Source of the DNA: an uncultured Actinomycetota bacterium
GTDB taxonomy: Bacteria; Actinomycetota; Actinomycetes; Mycobacteriales; Mycobacteriaceae
NCBI GenBank assembly: GCA_963794785.1
Contig: CAWCFA010000012.1
Span: 609,285 to 641,284, forward strand
Reading direction: 5' to 3'
DNA: 32,000 nt
Positions 24,949 through 32,000 of the stretch are shown piece after piece. Every line of letters begins with the position of its first letter. The stretch's first letter is position 1. A model generated the notes under the pieces. The model was not told the origin of the DNA. It was given only the letters and a program-made list of their open reading frames with translations, and searched no databases. The position numbers were made by a program, and so were the translations under genes.

Positions 24949-27315
24949 TCACTCGCTTTGACCCCAGAGGCGTCGCTTCTCGCCGATGACGGACCCCTGT
25001 ACCCACCAGACGACCTCGATGAGCGCAGCCGCCATCACGCCGATCAGCAGCGCCGTCGTGGTCTGCGGGACGTTGGACGGGTCGAGCACGAGTTGGTCGC
25101 GGACCAGCGGGATCGAGAAGATCGCCACGTACGCGATCGCGGAGCTCACCACCAGTCCGATGCGCCACCACTCGTACGGTCGGGCCACGACGGCGAGCAC
25201 CCACAGCGCGCCGACCAGCAACGTGATCAACGCGGACGTGGAGGCTTGAGTCTGCTGGATGATCGTCGAGGCGCGGCCCTCGTAGGCGAGCAGATACGAC
25301 GTGAACGCGGCCAGGCCAACGACCAGTCCGCTCGGCAGCGCCGAGGTCATCACACGGCGGACGAAGCCGGAATGGGCGCGTTCCCGGTTGGGTGCCAGCG
25401 ATAGGACGAACGCTGGGATGCCAATCGTGAACCAGGCGGCAATCGTGACGTGGATGGGCTGGAAAGGGAATGGGAGTGGATCGGTACCGAAAAGCTTGGC
25501 CGCCAGGCCCGCTAGGCCGACCAGCACCGCGAGCAGTACCGAGTACACCGTCTTGGTGAGGAAGAGGTTCGAGACCCGTTCGATGTTGCCGATCACCCGC
25601 CTGCCCTCGTCCACGACGTAGGGCAGCGTCGCGAACCTGTTGTCCAACAATACGATCTGCGCGACCGCGCGGGATGCCGAGCTGCCCGACCCCATGGCGA
25701 CCCCGATGTCGGCGTCCTTGAGGGCCAGCACGTCGTTGACTCCATCGCCCGTCATCGCCACGGTGTGACCTCGGGACTGCAGCGCAAGCACCATCGCCCG
25801 CTTCTGGTCGGGACGCACCCGGCCGAACGTCGTGTACTTTTCGAGCGTGTCCGCCAGGTGCTCGGGCTCGTCGGGCAGTTGGCGCGCATCGATGGTCTCG
25901 CCGTGCAGGCCGAGGGTGGCCGCCACCGCGCCGACCGAGAGAGCGTTGTCGCCCGACATCACCTTCACCGTCACGTTCTGGGCGGCGAAGTAGTCGAGCG
26001 TCTCCCTGGCGTCGGGACGGACGCGCTGCTCGAGGACGACGAGCGCCACCGGTGTGACGGTGCCTGGCGCTCCTGGGGCGTCCACGGACTCGTCGGAGGA
26101 GCCCAGCAGCAGGACGCGCATTCCCTGCGCGCCAATCCGCTCGGCCTCCTCGGCGTCCGACGACGTGGGGTCGAGCAGTACGTCTGGTGCGCCGATCACC
26201 CAGTTTCCGTTGTCGCCGTATGACATTCCGCTCCACTTGGTCGCCGACTTGAACGGCGCGCTCGCGGTCGACGTCCATCCGGGTGGCTCCCCGTACGCCT
26301 CGCGGATGGCGCGCATGCTGGCGTTCGGGCGGTCGTCGTCGGCGGCGAGGGAGGCCAGGGCGTTCGCGGCGTCGGCGTCGGTCAGCGCCTTGAGCTCGCT
26401 GAGCCGCATGCCGTTCTCGGTCAGTGTCCCGGTCTTGTCGGCGCACACCACGTCGACCCTGGCGAGCCCTTCGATGGCGGCTAGGTCCTGTACCAGGCAC
26501 TGACGCTTGCCGAGGCGGACCACCCCGACGGCGAACGCGAGCGACGTCATCAGCACCAGGCCCTCGGGCACCATCGGCACCAGTGCGCCGACCATGCGCA
26601 GCACCGACTCCCGCCACCCGACGTCGGTGGTGAACAGCTGCGTATAGATGGTGAGCAGGCCTGCGGGGATCAGGAGATAGGTGATGACCCGCAGAATGGT
26701 GTTGATGCCGTTGCGCAGTTCGGACTTCGCTAGCGTGAACTTGCTCGCCTCTGCGGCGAGTTGGGCGGCGTAGGCCTCGCGGCCCACCCTGGTCGCGCGG
26801 TAGGCCCCGCTGCCCGCGACGACGAAGCTGCCCGACCTCACCTCGTCACCCGCGTCCTTGGCCATCGGGTCGGCCTCGCCGGTGAGGAGTGACTCGTCGA
26901 CCTCGAGGTTGTTCCCCTCGACGACGTCGCCGTCGACGACGATCTGGTCACCGGGCCCCAGCTCGATGACGTCGCCGAGCACGACCTCGCTGGGTGGCCG
27001 CGCCCCGGTCCCGGACTGTCTGCGCACCACGGGTTTCGCTTGCCCCACGATGGCGAGCTTGTCCAGCGTTTGCTTGGCGCGCAGTTCTTGGATGATGCCG
27101 ATCGCACTGTTGGCGACGATGAGAATGCCGAAGAGCCCGTTGATGATCGATCCGGTGGAGAGCACGATGACCAGGAGGATGCCGAGTATTGCGTTGATTC
27201 TGGTGAAGACATTGGCGCGAACGATGTCCTCCACGCTGCGCGCGGCACTGCTGGGCACGTCATTGGTCTTGCCCTCGGCGATGCGTTGCGCGACGTCGGC
27301 GTCGGACAGGCCCAT
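24949..27315 (-). CDS. ctpE: P2-type cation-transporting P-type ATPase, CtpE-like (calcium transporter family in mycobacteria)
   Basis: I prefer the ATG at 27315 ([21 protein letters not shown]...), giving 788 aa. Contains [60 protein letters not shown]. It closely resembles remembered M. tuberculosis CtpE (Rv0908). The track ORF's 60-aa N-terminal extension overlaps the USP gene. Confidence 0.85.
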   Translation of the reverse strand: MGLSDADVAQRIAEGKTNDVPSSAARSVEDIVRANVFTRINAILGILLVIVLSTGSIINGLFGILIVANSAIGIIQELRAKQTLDKLAIVGQAKPVVRRQSGTGARPPSEVVLGDVIELGPGDQIVVDGDVVEGNNLEVDESLLTGEADPMAKDAGDEVRSGSFVVAGSGAYRATRVGREAYAAQLAAEASKFTLAKSELRNGINTILRVITYLLIPAGLLTIYTQLFTTDVGWRESVLRMVGALVPMVPEGLVLMTSLAFAVGVVRLGKRQCLVQDLAAIEGLARVDVVCADKTGTLTENGMRLSELKALTDADAANALASLAADDDRPNASMRAIREAYGEPPGWTSTASAPFKSATKWSGMSYGDNGNWVIGAPDVLLDPTSSDAEEAERIGAQGMRVLLLGSSDESVDAPGAPGTVTPVALVVLEQRVRPDARETLDYFAAQNVTVKVMSGDNALSVGAVAATLGLHGETIDARQLPDEPEHLADTLEKYTTFGRVRPDQKRAMVLALQSRGHTVAMTGDGVNDVLALKDADIGVAMGSGSSASRAVAQIVLLDNRFATLPYVVDEGRRVIGNIERVSNLFLTKTVYSVLLAVLVGLAGLAAKLFGTDPLPFPFQPIHVTIAAWFTIGIPAFVLSLAPNRERAHSGFVRRVMTSALPSGLVVGLAAFTSYLLAYEGRASTIIQQTQASTSALITLLVGALWVLAVVARPYEWWRIGLVVSSAIAYVAIFSIPLVRDQLVLDPSNVPQTTTALLIGVMAAALIEVVWWVQGSVIGEKRRLWGQSE

Positions 27316-27403
27316 CGCGGCCGCGTACGTCACCGACTTAGCGCTACAGCGCCTCGTCGACCGATGCACAGGCCATCGCCGGCGAGTTTGGTGGCCGTGC
27401 GGC

Positions 27404-28288
27404 TCACGACGGACGGGCGATGACGACGGGGGTCCGCGCTGACTGCAGCACCGCCGAACTGACCGAGCCAAGCAACATTCCGGTGAACCCACCAAAGCCG
27501 TGACTACCCACGACGACGAGTTGGGCGCGCTTGGACTCCTCGACTAGGTGTGCGGCCGCCTGATCGAAGACCACCACCCGGCGCACGGTGACGTCGGGGT
27601 AACGCTCCTGCCAACCGGCAAGCCGCTCGGCAAGCACTTCGGCCCCACCGGCCTCCAGGGCGGCGCGATCCGAGACGATGAATTCGTCACCGTTCCAGTC
27701 CATGCAGGCGAGAAGGGCAACGACGTGAACGCCTCTACGGGATGCCTCATCGAACGCGATGGCGATGGCCAGTTCTGATACCGGCGAACCGTCGATGCCA
27801 ACCACTACAGGCGCGAACGTGCCCGCGGACATTTGCGGATCTTGGTCGTCGACGACCACGATCGGACCGTGCGCATGGTGACTGACACCGGACCCGACCG
27901 ACCCGAGCAGGTGCCGGAGGCGTCCGCGCCCGTGACGTCCGACGACGACCTTGCGGGCCTCGCGCGACAGATCGGCCAGAGTCTCGATCGGGTTGCCGGC
28001 GATCATCGTGCGCTCGATGGTGACCTCGTGCGGACTTGCGGCCTTCTCGGCGATGGCGGCGGCCTCGTCGAGCAGGATGCGACCGGCGGATTCCTGCCAG
28101 TGCTGAAAACCGGCGGGCAGCGGTACTTTCGGCAGCATCACCGTTACCGGTGGCATCAGGACGTGGACCAATGTCAGCGGTTCGTCGTGCAGCACCGCGT
28201 CCCTGGCCGCCCAGTCGACGGCCGCATTCGACGACGACGAACCGTCGACGCCGACCACCAATCCGCGGCGCCCGGTGGCTTCTGCCAT
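27404..28288 (-). CDS. Universal stress protein with tandem USP domains
   Basis: I prefer the ATG at 28288 ([28 protein letters not shown]...) with GAGGGG upstream. The second domain is [15 protein letters not shown]...[19 protein letters not shown] (ATP-binding G-x2-G-x9-G-S). Confidence 0.85.
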   Translation of the reverse strand: MAEATGRRGLVVGVDGSSSSNAAVDWAARDAVLHDEPLTLVHVLMPPVTVMLPKVPLPAGFQHWQESAGRILLDEAAAIAEKAASPHEVTIERTMIAGNPIETLADLSREARKVVVGRHGRGRLRHLLGSVGSGVSHHAHGPIVVVDDQDPQMSAGTFAPVVVGIDGSPVSELAIAIAFDEASRRGVHVVALLACMDWNGDEFIVSDRAALEAGGAEVLAERLAGWQERYPDVTVRRVVVFDQAAAHLVEESKRAQLVVVGSHGFGGFTGMLLGSVSSAVLQSARTPVVIARPS

Positions 28289-28482
28289 GAGATACCCCTC
28301 AGTGAATGGCCCACGCGGAAACACCTTCCGTGCAGGGTGTGTGATTGACGGTAGGGCCTGGGCGCGGGCCGATCGCGGGCCATTGGTCACTTATCGGAAG
28401 GTCTTGCGACATCGATTCCGTGCTATTTCATGACGCGACGGGTTAGCGGCCGGCTGCCAGTTGCATCAAGCCGATGGCGTCG

Positions 28483-30870
28483 TCAACGCGGTGTCGTGCC
28501 CGGCAGCGCGCTCGGCCTGCCGTGATTGTCCGCGGCCTCGGGCAGGTCGGTATCGGCGAGGGTGAAGTAGCCCTCCTCTTCCTGCAGGAAGTGCAGATGC
28601 AGCAACGCGTACAGACCGTAGAGGCAGGCCCGCAGATCGTCGACCTGGCCCGGCTGAATGCCGTAGGCACTCTGCGCCAGTGCCAGGTGGTTGCCGATGC
28701 GGTCGGTCAGTCGGTGGATCTCGGCGTGGGTCCTGCTCATCGTGGCGGTCGCTTCGGCGCTCCCCAGCGGCCTCGCCAACGCCGGGTACAGCTCGGCCTG
28801 TTCGGCGTCCTCGTGCGGCAACAGACGCTCGGTGAGGAAGCTCTGAGCCCGGGACACTGCCTCCATCGCCGATGTGCCGGGCCCGGAGCCAATGCGGTCG
28901 GCGGCATCACGCAGCAGGCTCAGTGCATCGCGTAGGTCGTCGTGTTCCCCGGAGAAGCGACGCAGCATCTCCTCGGTGCGTGCCGACAACTCGATTCCGG
29001 CGGCGGGGTTGCCCCGCAGGGCGCGCAACGCGTTGAGGATCACCGCGACGTCGATGCCCTCCTGCAGCAACGCCCCCGCCGCGGGCGGCAGCAGTCCGAC
29101 CGCAGCAACACCCATGGCCAACAGAGACAACACCATTCCGGCGACCGCGCTTTGCACCGCAATGCGCCGCGACCAGCGTGCGACGTCCATCGCATCGGCG
29201 AGGCGGTCCAGCCGGTCGGTCGTCAACACGATGTCGGCAGCCTCCGAGGACGCCGTCGCCCCGCGGGCACCCATCGCAACGCCGACCGTGGCCGCAGCCA
29301 GAGCGGGAGCGTCGTTGACGCCGTCGCCGACCATCACCGTTACGGCGTGTTCCCGTTCGGCCCGCACGGCAGCCACCTTGTCCGCGGGACTCTGGTCGGT
29401 GTACACCTCGTCAAGGCCCAGCACGGTGGCAACCTCCCGCGCGGGCGCCGCGCGGTCGCCGGTGAGCATGACCAATCGGTTGAATCCGGCGGCGCGCAGT
29501 CGTCGCATCGTGCGGGGGGCGTTGCGGCGCAGCGGATCTCGCAACAACACCGCGCCGATGACCTCATCGTCGACGCTGACCCACGCGATCGCCGCGCTGT
29601 CGAGGCCGGCCCGGTTCACGGCCGCCCCGGCCCATCCCGCCTCGGATGCATCTGCGGCGAGCTTGCCGACTGCGATCCTGCGGCCGTCCACCGAGGCGGT
29701 CACGCCCCGGCCGGGTTGCTCGATCACCTCGGCCGGCATCGACAACGACAGGTTGCGTGCGAGGGCTTCGGTGACGATCGCCGCGGCCAGCACATGGGGT
29801 GACATCTGGTCCACCGACGCGGCCAAGCGCAGGATGTCGGTGCCGTCGCGACCAGGTGCGGCCAGGACGTCCACGACGACGGGATGACCAGCGGTGAGAG
29901 TCCCGGTCTTGTCCATCACCAGCGTCGTCGCGTGCCCGAGGTTCTCCAAGGCGCCGCCGCTGCGAATCACCACCCCCAGTCGGGAGGCCCGGGACAAGCC
30001 GGAGACGATCGCGACCGGCGCGGCGAGCAGCAGCGGGCACGGTGTCGCCACCACCAGCACCGCCACCGCTCGCACCGCCGACCCGCTGGCCAGCCACGCG
30101 GCACCAGCAACGACGAGCGCCACCGGTAGGAACCACGCCGCGTAGCGATCAGCCAGCCGGATGACCGGCGCACTGTCGGCGCCCGCGTCCCGGGCCAACC
30201 GCACGATCCCGGCGTAGGTGCTCTCCTCGGCGCTGGCGGTGGCACGAATCTCGAAGGCGGTCGCGGCGTTGACCACACCGCTGCGCACCGGCTCACCCGC
30301 CGCACGTTCGACTTGCAACGGCTCACCGGTGAGCGCCGACTCATCCAGGACCGCCATCGTGCCTTCGATCCGGCCGTCCACGGGGACCACTTCACCGGGG
30401 CCGACCACCAGCAGGTCACCGGCTACGACCTCGCCCAACGGCACCACCGCTATCGCGTCACCGATCCGGCGCCGCGCGGAATGGGGTGCACGCTCCAGCA
30501 GGGCCCGCAAGTCGTGCGAGGCGCGCCGTTGCGCGGCCGCATCCAGGGCGCGCCCGGTAGCGAGCATCACCGCGATCAGCGCACCGGCCACGTACTCGCC
30601 CACCCACAGCGTCCCCACCAGCGACAACACCGCCAGCACATCCACCCCGGCCCGACCCCGGCGCAGCGCCACCACCACCCACACCACCGCCGGCACCACC
30701 GCGGCCAGCGTTCCCGCCACCCAACACCCTTCGGCCACCGCACGCCACCCGCTAAGCCACGCAATGCCACCCAGCAGCAGCGCGGCAACCGTCACCACCA
30801 CCAAAGCCGGCTCAAGCAGGGACCGAAGCCGCTGCAGCGACGTTCGGGGCGTCGTCGGTGCGGCGGTCAC
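28483..30870 (-). CDS. P1B-5-type heavy-metal P-type ATPase (TPCP transmembrane motif, no N-terminal HMA domain) fused to a C-terminal hemerythrin-like domain
   Basis: Contains VATPCPLLLAAPVAIVSG, DKTGTLT, GDGVNDAPALAAATVGVAMG. The last ~175 aa (approx 28486-29010) carry spaced His/Glu residues: SGEHDDL, LLPHEDAEQAELYP, MSRTHAEIHRL, LLHLHFLQEEEGYF. GTG start. Confidence 0.85.
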   Translation of the reverse strand: MTAAPTTPRTSLQRLRSLLEPALVVVTVAALLLGGIAWLSGWRAVAEGCWVAGTLAAVVPAVVWVVVALRRGRAGVDVLAVLSLVGTLWVGEYVAGALIAVMLATGRALDAAAQRRASHDLRALLERAPHSARRRIGDAIAVVPLGEVVAGDLLVVGPGEVVPVDGRIEGTMAVLDESALTGEPLQVERAAGEPVRSGVVNAATAFEIRATASAEESTYAGIVRLARDAGADSAPVIRLADRYAAWFLPVALVVAGAAWLASGSAVRAVAVLVVATPCPLLLAAPVAIVSGLSRASRLGVVIRSGGALENLGHATTLVMDKTGTLTAGHPVVVDVLAAPGRDGTDILRLAASVDQMSPHVLAAAIVTEALARNLSLSMPAEVIEQPGRGVTASVDGRRIAVGKLAADASEAGWAGAAVNRAGLDSAAIAWVSVDDEVIGAVLLRDPLRRNAPRTMRRLRAAGFNRLVMLTGDRAAPAREVATVLGLDEVYTDQSPADKVAAVRAEREHAVTVMVGDGVNDAPALAAATVGVAMGARGATASSEAADIVLTTDRLDRLADAMDVARWSRRIAVQSAVAGMVLSLLAMGVAAVGLLPPAAGALLQEGIDVAVILNALRALRGNPAAGIELSARTEEMLRRFSGEHDDLRDALSLLRDAADRIGSGPGTSAMEAVSRAQSFLTERLLPHEDAEQAELYPALARPLGSAEATATMSRTHAEIHRLTDRIGNHLALAQSAYGIQPGQVDDLRACLYGLYALLHLHFLQEEEGYFTLADTDLPEAADNHGRPSALPGTTPR

Positions 30871-31204
30871 CGCGCACTCCGGCCGTCGACGCCAGTCCCG
30901 ACGATGTTGTGATCAATTCTGCCCGCCTGCAACGGTGTCGCACCCGGGCCACCACACCGCAACTCTCGAGAACGGCGACTCCCGACACCGACAGTCGCAG
31001 AAGGATTGGAGGTAGCACTGGGCATGTTGGCCCTCTCTGGCACCATTCCATCGAGCGACATCGGCCGAGGGGCGCATTGGCGACGGTATACCGAAGTTCG
31101 AATGAGCGCTGGCGCTGACTTTAGAATCCGCGTACCGGTGGTTCGAGAGTCTTTGGTCATCGACCTCAAGGCCTTACGCCTTCGATTTATGCGCAACCCA
31201 AAGT

Positions 31205-31218
31205 GGTCTCGCGAGACC
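31205..31218. promoter_or_regulatory. Perfect 14-bp palindrome GGTCTCGCGAGACC in the 490-bp region upstream of the P1B-5 ATPase
   Basis: Read directly. Function unknown. Confidence 0.3.
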
Positions 31219-31274
31219 GATCAGATGCAGGCTGTTCAACTCCCCCGCCTGCCGCAAGCTTCAAAGGGCCGGTC

Positions 31275-31307
31275 AACTCGCACCTCTCGAGCACGCACCG
31301 CTACCAG
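31275..31307 (+). repeat. 33-nt repeat copy D (AACTCGCACCTCTCGAGCACGCACCGCTACCAG)
   Basis: Same orientation as copies B and C. It lies between the methyltransferase stop (31364) and the ATPase start (30870). Confidence 0.85.
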
Positions 31308-31363
31308 CTTTTTCATCGAGGTCATCACTCCCTGGCAAGGGGGCGCGCCGTATGTCGCATGAC

Positions 31364-32000
31364 TTAGAACGCGAAGCGGTTCAGCACGTCGTAGTTGCGG
31401 GCCGGTGTGGCGTAAATCAGCCGCCACAGCAGTCGCACCGGCGCCGAGGGGATGCGTTCGTAGAGTGCACCCGCGGAGGTCTGCTTGAGGAAGCGCAGCC
31501 GCGGGTTCCATTGCTCGATTTCGCGGGCGTCACCGATGCCCCACTTGGTGATGCCCTTGGTGAGCACTTTCGATAGCCGCGGCCCCATCGGCGACACCGT
31601 GTCGAAGACGAGCTCGCCGCCACCGAACCGATCCGTGAGGCTCTGCAGCAGCGTACGCACCTCGGCTCGGTGAGATACATGACGAGTCCCTCTGCGATCA
31701 TCAGCAGCGGACGATCGGTGGGTATCTCCTGCAGCCACGCCTCATCGGTGACCGACGAGCCGATCATCCGGTAGCCGGCGCGGTCGTCGTAGAGCTTGCG
31801 CCGCAACGCGATCACATTCGGTTGATCGACGTCGAACCACTGCACCGTTTCGGGCGGATGCAGCCGGAACGCCCGGGTGTCCATGCCGCACCCGAGGTGC
31901 AGCACGACGGCGTTTGGATGGCGGCGGAGGAAGGCGGTGCTCCAGCCGTCGAGCTGCTTGGCGCGCATGGTGACCAGATATTGGTTGGACCCGGGGTGCA
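31364..32000 (-). pseudogene. TcmP/LCM-type class I SAM-dependent O-methyltransferase, 5' end beyond the window, with one frame change near 31661-31668
   Basis: Frame A: ...HPGSNQYLVTMRAKQLDGWSTAFLRRHPNAVVLHLGCGMDTRAFRL...LLMIAEGLVMYLTEP. The sensible reading then continues in another frame: AEVRTLLQSLTDRFGGGELVFDTVSPMGPRLSKVL...WGIGDAREIEQWNP...NRFAF*. The junction GAGCCGAGGTG is consistent with loss of one base. Confidence 0.7.

Noticed and set aside
24944-26617. 557-aa ORF overlapping ctpE in another minus-strand frame. Similar long shadow ORFs: 11250..13181 (N-terminal 540 aa antisense to zwf), 14043..14891, 28874..29887, 30218..31015, 6920..7819, 5934..6545.
   Set aside because: Their translations are Arg/Pro/Gly/Ala-rich low-complexity strings with no motifs. 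They overlap genes with clear family signatures. Such ORFs are typical alternative-frame or antisense artefacts of high-GC DNA.
28377-28390. Possible DosR box (GGGCCATTGGTCAC / GTGACCAATGGCCC) ~95 nt upstream of the USP gene
   Set aside because: It matches only about 9-10 of 14 core positions of the remembered GGGACTTTAGTCCC consensus and is not itself palindromic. A PWM scan is needed before any claim.
31095-31165. tRNA-like look (TTCGAAT, CTTTAGAATC, GGTTCGAGAG) upstream of the P1B-5 ATPase
   Set aside because: I could not fold a cloverleaf. The T-arm and anticodon-arm stems are not complementary, and there is no acceptor stem or CCA context.

Overview
High-GC actinobacterial window, almost certainly Mycobacterium: it has a PE-family gene, a DUF732 secreted protein, an Rv2525c-like Tat protein, a ctpE-like ATPase and many type II TA modules. 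I support about 37 coding or pseudogene features. No rRNA, tRNA, CRISPR array, transposase or integrase was recognised. Content by region: (i) 1-9.4 kb holds metabolic and cell-envelope genes: 2-hydroxyacid dehydrogenase, rifampin ADP-ribosyltransferase arr, a membrane-anchored Mrr-type nuclease, class I FBA, a methyltransferase, two translationally coupled GT1 glycosyltransferases, a thioredoxin-fold protein, DUF1345 and a cutinase. (ii) 9.4-16.8 kb holds a PE/PecA-type aspartic protease gene broken by two frameshifts, an orphan antitoxin, zwf, Dabb, citE, small ORFs, DUF732, a SnoaL-like protein, a secreted FKBP and a secreted Cys/Trp-rich triple-repeat protein. (iii) 16.8-24.4 kb is a TA-dense stretch with zeta-like toxin plus antitoxin, VapBC, wHTH-MNT plus a truncated HEPN-like partner, and RelBE. 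A Tat-secreted DUF1906 protein and a GMC oxidoreductase lie between these modules. (iv) 24.9-30.9 kb is a minus-strand block of ctpE-like P2 ATPase, tandem USP, and a P1B-5 (TPCP motif) ATPase with a C-terminal hemerythrin-like domain. (v) The window ends in a frameshifted TcmP/LCM-type methyltransferase that runs off the edge. The most unusual signal is a set of structured repeats at 22.2-24.9 kb and 31.3 kb. A 33-nt direct repeat occurs 3 times. An operator-like hairpin built from AACTCGCA/TGCGAGTT half-sites recurs. Two ~250-bp units with conserved ends look like decayed 5' heads of the intact wHTH-MNT gene. These repeats punctuate the TA modules and lie on both sides of the ATPase block. 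All three frameshifts seen are single-base losses next to short G/C runs, so assembly error is a serious alternative to pseudogenisation. All homology statements come from reading the translations against remembered family motifs. No database search was run.
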